DNA of 64,000 nucleotides from an uncultured Solirubrobacterales bacterium (GTDB lineage Bacteria > Actinomycetota > Thermoleophilia > Solirubrobacterales > 70-9), in contig CAVUWL010000001.1 in NCBI GenBank assembly GCA_963745305.1, positions 32,278-96,277 of the forward strand, in the 5' to 3' direction. The notes beneath the pieces are model-generated. The model saw only the letters and a program-made list of their open reading frames with translations, did no database searches and was not told the origin of the DNA. Position 1 is the first letter of the stretch; each line of letters opens with the position of its first letter. Shown here piece by piece: positions 39,905 to 50,300 of this stretch. The position numbers and the translations under genes are program-made.

Positions 39905-39998
39905 GGGCGAAGTGGTGGGGGAGAGGGCAGAATCTGGCACTAACTCCCAGGGGCGAGCCCAGATTAACTCAATACCAAGAAGGTCATGAGGATCCGTC

Positions 39999-40859
39999 TT
40001 GTCATTCCTGCGTTCCACTCTCCGAGCTGCGGAGAGGCATCCCCGAGTCGACAGCTGCACATCCGATCGAGTCCGCGCCAGGCGTAGCGGGGCCGTCGCA
40101 TCTGTGGTTTTCGCGGTCGGTCTGTCCCTTGCCGCCACAGCCGCAAGCGCGGCGCTCGCTCAGCACGGCGACCTCTTCGTCAGCTTCAACGGCGCCATCT
40201 CACCCACCTCCCTGCCCCGCCATACTCTGGCCCCGATCTCACTCACCGTCTCGGGCACGGTCAGGACCCCTCCCGGCACCCAGCCCCCGCCGCTTCGCCA
40301 GATCGAGATCTCGATCAATCGCAATGGTCACCTCGAAACCGTCGGGCTGCCGATCTGCCACGCCGCCCAGATCGAAGCGACCACCTCCGCCCAGGCCCTC
40401 GCCGTCTGCCGCGACGCCCTGGTCGGCTCGGGCACCTACGTCGCCCAGGCCTCCTTCCCCGAAAAGTCGACCTTTCCCGCCCAGGGTCACATCCTCGCCT
40501 TCAACGGCCTAAGCGAAGGCCGCCAGGTGATCCTCGCCCACATCTACGGCACCAACCCGGTTTCCGGCACCAGCGTCATCACCTTCTACATCCACCGCCT
40601 CCACGGCGCCTACGGCACCCAGCTGATCGACAACCTGCCCGCCTCGCTTAACCACTACGGCTACGTCAAGCACATCTCCCTCACCCTGCACCGCACCTAC
40701 ACCTACCGCGGCGCCCGCCACAGCTACCTCTCAGCCGCCTGTCCCGCCCCGGTCGGGTTCTCGGGTGCGCTGTTCCCCTTCGCCCATGCCTCAATGCGCT
40801 TCGAGGACGGAGTCAGCCTCGCCTCGACCATTGTCCGCAGCTGCAAGGTCAGCCGGTGA
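39999..40859 (+). CDS. secreted Cys-containing hypothetical protein (paralog of 42006..42830)
   Basis: Signal-like AVASVVFAVGLSLAATAASAALA. Blocks shared with the paralog: GLPIC, A..(A/I)C..ALVG.G, H.L.FNG, R.HSYLSA.CP.P. Start codon uncertain (TTG 39999 or a later GTG). Confidence 0.6.
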   Translation: MSFLRSTLRAAERHPRVDSCTSDRVRARRSGAVASVVFAVGLSLAATAASAALAQHGDLFVSFNGAISPTSLPRHTLAPISLTVSGTVRTPPGTQPPPLRQIEISINRNGHLETVGLPICHAAQIEATTSAQALAVCRDALVGSGTYVAQASFPEKSTFPAQGHILAFNGLSEGRQVILAHIYGTNPVSGTSVITFYIHRLHGAYGTQLIDNLPASLNHYGYVKHISLTLHRTYTYRGARHSYLSAACPAPVGFSGALFPFAHASMRFEDGVSLASTIVRSCKVSR

Positions 40860-41031
40860 GAAGCCCCACGGCACAGGCAGTGGGGAGCCAAGGACCACGC
40901 TTGCAGCCGCAAGGACGACGATCCTCGGCCTTGACCAACTCGACCATCGGCGAAGCATCGGCCTGGAAGCCAATCGGCCTTGCTCCAGGCACCATCGTCC
41001 AGATTCCCTGAGTCATAGGAAAGCACGATCG

Positions 41032-41298
41032 ATGGCGACACGAATCAGCTGCATCATCCCGCATCCCCACGATCCCGAGGGCCGCATCTTCGGTGTCGGC
41101 GGCCTCTTCGGCTGGACCGAGTGGGAGGACGTCGTCATCGGCGAGATCGAAGACGGTGCCAACTATTACGTGGAAGTCGAAGACCATCAGCGTGTCGACG
41201 TGGTGGTGGCAACTCACCCCGACGGCCGCACGTACCTGACCACCGATCCCGACCACACCGCCACCAACCACCTCCTCTCCTTGCCCCACTGCCCATAG
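41032..41298 (+). CDS. DUF3892-like small protein
   Basis: MATRISCIIPHPHDPEGRIFGVGGLFGWTEWEDVVIGEIEDGANYYVEVEDHQRVDVVVATHPDGRTYLTTDPDHTATNHLLSLPHC. Matches my memory of the DUF3892 pattern (GG..W.....I..I......YyV.......V.V......yL.T..D....N.LL.LP.C). Confidence 0.55.
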   Translation: MATRISCIIPHPHDPEGRIFGVGGLFGWTEWEDVVIGEIEDGANYYVEVEDHQRVDVVVATHPDGRTYLTTDPDHTATNHLLSLPHCP

Positions 41299-41322
41299 AA
41301 CTTAAATAGGTATGCACCCGAA

Positions 41323-41773
41323 ATGAAGAGGTCCCTGGCTCTGGCCGCCGTAGCGACGTTTCTGTTTATCGCCTCCCTCGCCTCCGCCGCAGGAATAACC
41401 CGCAAGGAATACGTCGCCAAGGTTGACCCGATCTGCAAGGCCTATGAAGTGAAGTCCGTGCAGCCCTGGACCAAGTCAGAAAAGCGCCAGCTCAGTGTCA
41501 TCCGACGCTTGGCCAGGGAAAGAGCCCAGGAAGGAAGGAACCTGAAGCATCTCTACATCGAGCTCAGGGCAGTGCCCCAGCCCAAAGCAGACGAAGCCAG
41601 GCTGACCAGATGGCTTGGCTATCTCCGCTCAGGGTGCTTTGCTTTTGGATGGAGAGAGCAGGGCGATCAGAGCAGGCCATCCGCATAAGTACCGCCAGCT
41701 TGAAGCCCAGATCAAGCACGACGCCACGCTCGCCAATAGGGCGGTCTCGCGGTTTGATTTCGCCTACTGCTAG
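41323..41773 (+). pseudogene. small secreted hypothetical protein, one frameshift
   Basis: Signal peptide MKRSLALAAVATFLFIASLASAAG. After about 41618 the coding signal continues in another frame (…LLLDGESRAIRAGHPHKYRQLEAQIKHDATLANRAVSRFDFAYC, TAG 41771..41773). Confidence 0.45.
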
Positions 41774-42005
41774 GTCGAGACCGCCTGCGTAGTGCTGGTA
41801 CACCCAAGTTTTAAAACTTTTGATCAATCGAACCCAACGACGGTTCTCGCTGCCTTGTAGAGGAGCGGTGTGGTGGTCCGCGGATGTGCTAATAATTGTT
41901 GCCTTGGATGTCGCCGCTTGCGACGCAATCGGCCTCCTGGGACCTAGGGCCGCAGGGGAATGATGCGTCGCTAAACCCGAGTCCAGGATTGAAGAGTGAG
42001 CAACC

Positions 42006-42830
42006 TTGCCTGATCCGCGAAGCAAAAGGGCCACACGGCTCGGCGTCAGGTGGCGTGTCTGGTTGCCATCGGTCCTTGCTTCCCTCGGAATGCTCGCACT
42101 CCTGGCAGGACCGGTCTATGCCGAACGCTATGAGACGACTGGGGGCCTGATCGTCTTCATCAAAGGTGGCATCTTTCCCCGTAAGCTGCCCCGCAGCTAT
42201 GCGGCGCCGGTCGCCGTGCGCTTGCAGGCCGGCATTAGCACCGCCGAATCGATCCCGCTTCCCCGCGTTAAATCGATCAAACTCGAATTGGCCTGGCGCG
42301 GCGCGCTCGACGTCAGGGGACTTCCGATCTGCCCCCAGTCCCGACTCCGGTTCATAGACAGTCACCAGGCCACCTCGATCTGTGGCAGCGCCCTCGTCGG
42401 GCGCGGTCGGCTCTTTGACCGGGTTTTCGTCCCCGGCCAGGCTCCCTTCGGCCTCCATGCCCACCTGCTCGTCTTCAATGGAAAGACCAAGCGAGGGCAC
42501 ACGGCTGTCTACGTGCTCGCCTACACATCAGACCCCCCGGTCTCCTTTGTCCTCCCCTTCCACGTCCGCCGCCAGTCCGGTCCGTTCCCGACGGTCTTGG
42601 TTACCCGGGTGCCCCGCTCGATCGGTCCCTGGCCTCATTTCGCCCATTTCAGCATCGTCGTCTCACGCCACTTCTCCTACCGCGGCAGGACCCACAGCTA
42701 CCTCAGCGCTTCCTGCCCGCTTCCACCACGCTTCACCTCCGGGCCTCTCTCCCTGGCTCGTGCAACCTTTGAACTCGCCGAAGGCCCAGACCTCAAACAG
42801 GAAACCGTCCGCACCTGCCGCGCCCGCTGA
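42006..42830 (+). CDS. secreted Cys-containing hypothetical protein (paralog of 39999..40859)
   Basis: Signal-like VWLPSVLASLGMLALLAGPVYA. Shares GLPICPQ, SICGSALVGRG, HLLVFNG, RTHSYLSASCPLPP with the paralog. Confidence 0.65.
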   Translation: MPDPRSKRATRLGVRWRVWLPSVLASLGMLALLAGPVYAERYETTGGLIVFIKGGIFPRKLPRSYAAPVAVRLQAGISTAESIPLPRVKSIKLELAWRGALDVRGLPICPQSRLRFIDSHQATSICGSALVGRGRLFDRVFVPGQAPFGLHAHLLVFNGKTKRGHTAVYVLAYTSDPPVSFVLPFHVRRQSGPFPTVLVTRVPRSIGPWPHFAHFSIVVSRHFSYRGRTHSYLSASCPLPPRFTSGPLSLARATFELAEGPDLKQETVRTCRAR

Positions 42831-43002
42831 CCGACCATAACGTGGCCAATTCCGTACTCCATCATTCGGTTGACCTGGTCCCCGCATATTGATCCAGTTT
42901 TGTCGAACGCGACGGCGGTTAGTAGCTGACCCTCGACCGAGACGACAAGAATTACCGTTTGGCTACCAGATGCCCACCCCAAGCTTTTGAAGCTGAGCGC
43001 TC

Positions 43003-44286
43003 CTACCGACCTCGACTGCGCCCTCGTCCTCCGCCGTTGGCCACCGCGCAGGACTCCTCGACTCCGAGGAATGGGGCAAGTGTGATGTAGGTAAGAACCG
43101 GGGCGATCTGCGGCAGGCCCTCGGGCCCGGAGTCTCGCACCTGTCGATAGACCAGCTCATATGCCGCCCCGCCGATCGCCTCAGCGGCAATCGGCTCGGT
43201 CTTCGGAGCCCGTTCATAGCCTGGATTCAAGAAAACGAAGAGGGATTCGAGAAGGCTGTCCCGACGCTCCAGCGCCCTCGTCGTTCCGCTCAGGATCTCG
43301 ACCAGGGCGATCCGGGCGAAAGCCGGGTGGGCGGCGAGGAAGTCGAGCATCGCCTCAAAAGAGACCCGCACCGCGGCTGGCCACTCCTTTGCCCGTCGGT
43401 AGGCGGGCAGGGTCACGGCCAGCATCTGCGCCTGACCCGCGTCCAGCGCCGCCACGAAGACGTCCTCCTTATCGTCGAAATGCTCATAAAAGGTGCTGAG
43501 CGAGGCGGAGGCTCGCTCAACGATCTCTGCAATCGTCGTCGCCGCGTAGCCGCGCTCGGCGATTGCCTCGGTCGCCGCCGAGACGATTCGCTCCGCGGGT
43601 TTCTTGGAGCGATATATCCCAGCCTCAGGGTCATGCCCCTGCCTGACCCTCCGTTTCAGCTCTCTGGGGGGTGGTTCATAGCCGAGACTCCACCGCGCCA
43701 GCGGCCCGGCCAGGCTGCTCAGCTCCTCCTCCTTACCGCGCCGCAAACGTGTGTAGATCACCTTGCGCAGCCCCCCGACTATTGCCTGCACCAGCTCCGC
43801 TGGCATCGTTGGCCCAGCCTCTCGCGTGTCGAAGGCCTGCTGGTAAAGGGCCTCAAAGCCGGCTACGGTCTGATCCATCAAGGCCACGGCGTCTGACCCC
43901 GCGCTGAAGGACTCCACAAAGCACATTCGCGCCGCGGCTGGCTGAGCGACGATCTGCTCCATGAAGGCCGCCAGCGCCGATCCCCTCCCGTCATAGCGGG
44001 CCGAGACAGCCCTGGAGGTTCGCCGCAGGATCTCCTCCATCGTCGCCACGAAGCACTCCTGCCTGTCGGCAAACTGCTGATAGAACGCCGTTCTTGAGAC
44101 TCCCGACAGCGCGACTATGTCGGCCACGGTGGTCGCCGCGTAGCCCTGATCGGCCACCGTGGCCACCATTGCGGCAAATAGCCGCTCGCGTTGGCTGCGC
44201 ACCACCTCCTCGCGCGGAACCCCCGGTCCTGGGCGAATCTTGCGGTCGCGCAGCTCCTCTGCGTTGCCCCAGGGAGTGATGACCAT
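43003..44286 (-). CDS. double-domain (tandem-fused) TetR-family regulator, unit 2
   Basis: RERLFAAMVATVADQGYAATTVADIVALSGVSRTAFYQQF and AERIVSAATEAIAERGYAATTIAEIVERASASLSTFYEHF. Collinear with 13626..14984. Confidence 0.85.
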   Translation of the reverse strand: MVITPWGNAEELRDRKIRPGPGVPREEVVRSQRERLFAAMVATVADQGYAATTVADIVALSGVSRTAFYQQFADRQECFVATMEEILRRTSRAVSARYDGRGSALAAFMEQIVAQPAAARMCFVESFSAGSDAVALMDQTVAGFEALYQQAFDTREAGPTMPAELVQAIVGGLRKVIYTRLRRGKEEELSSLAGPLARWSLGYEPPPRELKRRVRQGHDPEAGIYRSKKPAERIVSAATEAIAERGYAATTIAEIVERASASLSTFYEHFDDKEDVFVAALDAGQAQMLAVTLPAYRRAKEWPAAVRVSFEAMLDFLAAHPAFARIALVEILSGTTRALERRDSLLESLFVFLNPGYERAPKTEPIAAEAIGGAAYELVYRQVRDSGPEGLPQIAPVLTYITLAPFLGVEESCAVANGGGRGRSRGR

Positions 44287-44861
44287 CTCTTGAACCCTAC
44301 CCAGGCCAGCTCAGCTCATCTTGCCCCCTCGGGCGCCACTCGCGTGGGTAAGGCCCTGTTTAGCCCTGCAGAATCGCGACATATTTCCGCATCCAAAGCT
44401 CGGATCGCGTGTTTCGATCCATATGAAATCCGGCTTAGGCACCTCTATTGCGGCCCAGCGCTTGACATCGCCGTAAGGATATGTTTTTCTCTTGGGTGCA
44501 GACTGAGGCAGCGGATTTGGGAACGGTCAAGTCTCCCGTGGCGGTTCGAGCTGGGCTCGACGCACCGTCAGGGCCGCAGGGCGCGCCAGGCGGAGGAACA
44601 AGGCATAGGAGGGCCGGTGGCAATCACCTGTAAAGACCATTTATTGCAATGTTGCCTCGAGAGCGCCGCTCACCGCGGACCCATCCTTTTCGTGCAGTGG
44701 AGCTCTGGAGATGCCGCACCCGCAGCCCCGCCCTCTGAATTCGCGCCGCGCCGCAACGTTTGCTTGCCTAACCCTCAATTCGGCGCTCGTCTCTTCCCTG
44801 ACAGACACCGCTCAGCTAACAGTGCGGGCGGCCCCCGTCCTGTCCGTGGCATGGGTGGTGG

Positions 44862-47297
44862 ATGACCAGGGATCGGAAATCGATCGGTGGAGAGCAGCTG
44901 AGAGACGCCACGCCAGGCGCCAGCTCCGATCGCCCAACCACCTGCATCGTTGAGAGTCAAAGACCGGATGCCGCGGGTCGGCCTCTCCACCGGGGTATCC
45001 ATACCCCGTTCCCTCCCGCTGTCGGCGTGGTCCTCTCTTTCATCTCAGCTCTCGCGGCGCTGATGGCCCTCGCCGCCGCCCCCGCGTTCGCGTCCGGAAC
45101 CGAAACCCTCAAGGTCTCCATCTCAGGGAGCGGTACCGGCACGGTCAGCGGAGCCGGCATCGAATGCGGCAATGGCGCCGAAACCTGCGAAGCACAGTTC
45201 GCCGCCAAATCCGTCATCACACTCACCGCTACCCCAACCGAACGCTCAACCTTCGCTCGTTGGTCCGGCTGCACAGAAGTGCCAAGCCCGACCAAGTGCA
45301 GGGTCAGAATTGCCGCAGGGGTTCCGACTGAAATCGGCGCAGAATTCTCCGCCATCCCCCAGGAGACGCTCGCAGTTGTCAACCCCGGCGCCGGGCTGGG
45401 CGGCGGCCGCGTTGTCGGCACCACTCCCGGACGCGAATTCAGCGAAATCGAATGCGGTAACGAACGCGAAGGCTGCCAGGCCGAATACAACCAGGCAGCC
45501 GTCATCACCCTCACCGCGACCCCAACCGAACGCTCAACCTTCAGCGGCTGGGAAGCCGGCGACTGCAAATCCGAAAGCGGCCCCGGCAACGACGAATGCA
45601 AAGTCGAAATGACCAAAGCCGAGACCGTCAAAGCCGAATTCGTCCCGATCCCCCAGAAGACCCTCTCCGTCGCCGCCCAAGGCGCCGGCCAGGGCACCCT
45701 CACCGCTTCTCCTGGAGGCGAATTCGCCTCGATCGAATGTGGCAACGGCGCCACCGCCTGCGAAGCGCAGTACAACCAGGGCACCACTCTCGTCCTCACC
45801 GCTCGCTCTTCAACCCACAGCAAGTTCGTTGCCTGGACCGGCTGCGAAGCGCAACCCAGCGAAACCGAATGCGAAGTGACGCTGAGCGCCACCAGGGCCA
45901 TCACCGCCGAATTCCTCCCTATCCCCCAGCAGCCTCTCGAACTCTCCGTCACCGGGCCCGGTGAAGTGACCAGCTCCCCGCCGGGCATCGCCTGCACCTC
46001 GACCGGCGAAACCTGCAGCGAACACTTCGACTCCGAAGGCTCCGAAGGCAGGGTCACGCTCTTCGCTTCGCCCCCTGCCGACCACCACGTCGTCTGGAGC
46101 GGCTGCGAAATCTCGAGCGGAACCGAATGCACGGTGACGATGAGCTCCGCCCGATCGGTAACCGCCCAATTTCTCCCCACTCTGCAAACGGTGCTCGTCA
46201 CCCGCATCGGCGCCGGCGAAATCACCAGCTCCCCATCCGGCATAGCCTGCGACGAAGACCTCTGCAGCGCAGACTTTCAGGAAGGAGCCACCGTCGTCCT
46301 CACTGCCCACCCCGCCGCCCACAACCGTCTCGGTGCCTGGGGAGTCGGTGAGTGCAAAGAAGAACCGAGTCCCACCGAATGCGAAATCGAAATCGGCGCC
46401 TCCTTCTCGATCGTCGCGGCCGAATTCGCTCCCATTTCGCACACCTTTGCCGTCGCGGTCAGCGGTGGAGGCTCGGTGAGCGCTAGCGCCGGCCCGATCG
46501 CCGGCTGCGCTCACGGTGGCGGCGTCTGCGCGGGAGAATACGATGAGGGTTCAACGCTTGTTCTTACCGCGTCGCCCTTTTCCAACAGCACCCTTCCCAC
46601 CTGGAGCGGCTGCACACCGAAGCCCAATCCCGCCGAATGTGAGGTCACGATCGGCTCTTCGGGCGAAACGATCCATGCCGATTTTCCGCCCAACTCCCAC
46701 ACCCTCACTGTAGAACCCTTCGGCTCCGGCTCGATTAGTGCCGATAGCGGCACGATCTCCGACTGCTCCGAAGCCGGCGGCACCTGCGCCGGCTCCTATA
46801 TCGAAGCAGCCACCCTCACTCTGATCGCAACTCCCGGCCCCCATCAGGCCGTCGCCTGGCACGGCTGCACCCACACCGAAGAGGACAGTTGTCAGGTTGA
46901 AATCGGCGCCTCTTCCTCCTCCGTCAAAGCCAGCTTCGCACAGATCACCCATGCTCTCACAGTCACGAGGGTCGGCTCGGGGCAGGGTTCGGTCACCTGC
47001 AACGGCGCCACCTGCGCCTCCAGCTACCCCGAAGGTACCACCCTGACCCTGACTGCCTCCCCGGCCGCCGGCTCGGCCTTCGCAGGCTGGAGTGGGGGAG
47101 GGTGCTCGGGAACCGGAGCCTGCCATCTCACCTTCGAAGCCGACACCACTGTCACCGCGACCTTCAACGCCAACACCGCGCCGCCTATCGAAGAAGAAAA
47201 GAAGCCGCCGCCGCTCAAATGTCGCAACGGCTTCGTCAAGAAGAATGGCCGCTGCGTCCGCAAGTCCAAGCCTCGTCATCACAAGAAGAAGCACTAG
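44862..47297 (+). CDS. secreted InlB-B-repeat protein (about eight repeats) with Cys-hairpin basic tail, intact (unit 2)
   Basis: Signal-like VVLSFISALAALMALAAAPAFA (GTG 45027 is an alternative start). Repeats of G.G.V......I.CG.....C.A.Y..G..V.LTA.P...S.F.GW.G..C......ECKV....A..V.A.F. Tail PPLKCRNGFVKKNGRCVRKSKPRHHKKKH. Confidence 0.8.
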   Translation: MTRDRKSIGGEQLRDATPGASSDRPTTCIVESQRPDAAGRPLHRGIHTPFPPAVGVVLSFISALAALMALAAAPAFASGTETLKVSISGSGTGTVSGAGIECGNGAETCEAQFAAKSVITLTATPTERSTFARWSGCTEVPSPTKCRVRIAAGVPTEIGAEFSAIPQETLAVVNPGAGLGGGRVVGTTPGREFSEIECGNEREGCQAEYNQAAVITLTATPTERSTFSGWEAGDCKSESGPGNDECKVEMTKAETVKAEFVPIPQKTLSVAAQGAGQGTLTASPGGEFASIECGNGATACEAQYNQGTTLVLTARSSTHSKFVAWTGCEAQPSETECEVTLSATRAITAEFLPIPQQPLELSVTGPGEVTSSPPGIACTSTGETCSEHFDSEGSEGRVTLFASPPADHHVVWSGCEISSGTECTVTMSSARSVTAQFLPTLQTVLVTRIGAGEITSSPSGIACDEDLCSADFQEGATVVLTAHPAAHNRLGAWGVGECKEEPSPTECEIEIGASFSIVAAEFAPISHTFAVAVSGGGSVSASAGPIAGCAHGGGVCAGEYDEGSTLVLTASPFSNSTLPTWSGCTPKPNPAECEVTIGSSGETIHADFPPNSHTLTVEPFGSGSISADSGTISDCSEAGGTCAGSYIEAATLTLIATPGPHQAVAWHGCTHTEEDSCQVEIGASSSSVKASFAQITHALTVTRVGSGQGSVTCNGATCASSYPEGTTLTLTASPAAGSAFAGWSGGGCSGTGACHLTFEADTTVTATFNANTAPPIEEEKKPPPLKCRNGFVKKNGRCVRKSKPRHHKKKH

Positions 47298-47394
47298 GAG
47301 CCAACCAGTGAGCCTTCGCCGATTCCGCTCTTCCCTCACCCCCAGGAATTGCCCTGCCCCATCCGGCCGCGCGGGGTTGGCGGACCAACTGCCT

Positions 47395-50300
47395 ATGTCC
47401 CGTTCCGGGCGTTTCCTCTGCGCCGCTGCGATCGCGGTGTCTGCGGCGTTCTGGTTGCTCCCCTCGGTTGCCCAGGCCGTTCCGGCACGTAACTTCGACA
47501 CCCAGCTCACCGGCTTGACGCCCCCGACCGCCCCGGTGCAGGGCCCCTTCAGGACTCCCTTCGGCGTCGCGATCGGAGCTGACGACAACCTCTGGGTTGT
47601 CGACGAAGGCCGTGGCGCGATCCCTGAGTTCGACCCCCTCGGTGGCTACCTCTCCCAGGTCCCCGACTCCGCCGGCCGCCGCCTGGCCGTCGATCGTTCC
47701 AGCGGTGATATCTACGCCGTTAGTGGAGCCAACGGTGCAAACGCGATCGGGGTATTCGAAAGCAACGGCACCTTTCTCCGCCACATCGCATTCGGTCGAG
47801 AAGAGTGTGGCGAAATCGCGGTGGCCGTCGACAACTCCGGCGGCGCCGGCGGTCCCGGCGAAGGCGAACAGGGCCGGCTCTACCTCACCTATAACTGCGG
47901 TATCCGCGGCGTCCAAGCCCTCGATCCCGATGGAAACCCCGTCGACTTCTCCGGCTCCGCCGGCTATATCTTCGGTAACGAAATCACCGGTACGCCCGCC
48001 GGCGAATTCGAAAGCGCCAACAACGCACTCGCTACCGATGCCCACGGCGACGTATACCTCTTCGGCCGCGCCGGGAGCGAAGAACCCGCCGGCTATGAGT
48101 TTGCACCCAGCGGCACTTTCATTCGGGCCTTCACGGGTGCCGAAGTTCCTGGTGGCCTTTCCCGCGACATCGAAGGTATCGCCGTCGATCCCACCAACGG
48201 GAATGTCCTTTTTGCAGCAGCAGATTACGCCGAAAGCGCCATCTATGAATTCAACGAAACCGGAAAATTCCTCCAAAAGATCAGCGGCACCTCCGAAGGC
48301 AATACCTTCGCTGGTCTCAGTGGCGGCATCGCCGTCAGCTCGACCGGCTACCTCTACGCAGCCGACGCCGCCGCAGGGGTCATCGACGTCTTCCTTCCAC
48401 CAGGCCTCGGCCCCTTGCCCGAAGCTAGGACCGAAGCCGCCACCGAAATCGAACGCAATTCTGCGACCCTCCATGCCAAAGCCAGTTTGGCCGGCGGCAG
48501 CCATATCACGAAATGCCAGTTCGAATACGCCATTGCCGCCGCCTACAGGCCCTCGGCGGAACCCGAACCCTATACCGATACCGCACCCTGCCTTAACAAT
48601 GCGGGCGAAACAGTCGGTACCGGCGCAGCGCCGATCGAAGGCGCCACCGAACTACACGCACCCATCCAAGGAATCCACGCTGGCGACACCTTCCACTTTC
48701 GCATCTCACTCACCAATGATGATGATGTCGCCCGCTACGGCTCCGACCGTACCTTCGAAACACCTCCCGCCGTCACCGCTGTCAAGACCCTTCCTCCGAC
48801 CGAGATCACCAACAAGTCCGCACTCCTGCACGGCTCCTTTACCGGCGAAGGTATCCCCACCACCTACCACTTCGAATACACAACGGAAGGCGATTTCGAA
48901 GACCACGGCTACGGAACCTCGATCAAGCTGCCCGTCCCCGATGCCGGCGCTCCGGAAGGGGCTGGTGAAGTTTTCGTCCCCCCGGTTGAAGCCGCCGGTG
49001 TCGTCCCCGACACCCCCTACGTCTACCGGCTTGTCGCCACCAACAAATATGGGACGACCATCGGCGAAAATCAGTCCTTTACCACCTTCCAGCCACCTAG
49101 CATCGAAGGATTCTTCACCTCCCACCTCAGCGCCACCTCCGCCGACCTTGAAGCCAAGATCAACCCCCAGGGCTTTGCCACTGAATGTCGCTTCGAATAC
49201 GGCCCCACGACTTCCTATGGAGCCATTGCGCCTTGCCCAGAAGCGCTAGGGAGGACACAGCGGCCTGCCGATCGTGGTCCCAATCTCCGGCCTCCAGTCG
49301 GGCGTCACCTACCACTTCCGCGTCATCGTCGAAAACAAATGGGGAGCCGTCACCTCCGAAGATCAGAGCTTCGAATTCTTCCCCCCGGCTTGCCCCAATC
49401 CGCCATCCGCAACCAGACCGGCTCCGCATACCTACCCGACTGCCGCGCCTATGAGCTCGTCTCCCCGCCGAACGCCAACGGCACTCTGCTCTACGCCGGT
49501 GGGCCAAACACGGGGAACGCCACAAACCCATCCCGCCTCTCCTTCACCGGGCTCTACGGCTCCATTCCTGGCGCCAAGACCATCAACTCCGCCGGTGACC
49601 TCTACGTCGCTACCCGCACCGACACCGGTTGGGAATCCAAATATATCGGCCTCCCCGGCAGTCAGGCCGGCTGCATGGGTGGGCCACCCAACTATCCGCT
49701 CTCCCACGTCGTCTCCCCGAACCCGCCGTATCTCACCAACTCGGTCCCTCGGATTCCTCCATGAAAGGTTCCTCATCTGGAACGACGGTACTCCCGGTAG
49801 CATGCTTCAACGGGACTTCGCCCTTCGCCGATACCAACTGGGAACTGGACTCGCCGTCCAATGCTCCCTACATGTACAGCGCCGAAGGCGGCCTGATCCA
49901 GCGCCTGCCGACCGACTTGCCGGGGGGAACGGGAGCGGTGGAAGCCAGCACTCAAGTGCCCCTATCCACACAGGAGACCGTGACGCCGCCCTGCACCAGC
50001 GAAGTCGCGGCCTCCGGTGATCTCAGCCACCTGGTCTTCTCTTCCAACACCACCTCCTTCTCCGAACCAGGACAGCCGCCTGGCCTTACCAAAGCCCCCG
50101 GCTCCGCTTATGACAACGACATTGCTTCCGGCACGGTCGAGTTGATCTCGCTGGGGCCCAATGGCGAAAACATTCCCCAGGACCCCGTCTTCGCCAATGC
50201 TCCTCCCCAACCCAACAACGGAAGCAGAATCGAAGTGCCCGGCGGCGCCGAAGAGTTCCTCCGCTTCCCGGCCATCTCCACCGACGGTTCCCACATCCTC

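Noticed and set aside
42698-42982. 94-aa reverse ORF in a lower-GC patch (MGWASGSQTVILVVSVEGQLLTAVAFDKTGSICGDQVNRMMEYG...)
   Set aside because: The first ~50 residues look protein-like, but I find no recognisable domain, no clear start context and no partner fragments. It cannot be supported as a gene or as a transposase remnant.
44461-44490. Complete sigma-70-type promoter (TTGACA plus a -10 element) for cassette unit 2
   Set aside because: TTGACA is present, but no acceptable TAnnnT hexamer lies at 16-19 nt spacing. Only the -35-like hexamer is mentioned, as a weak observation.
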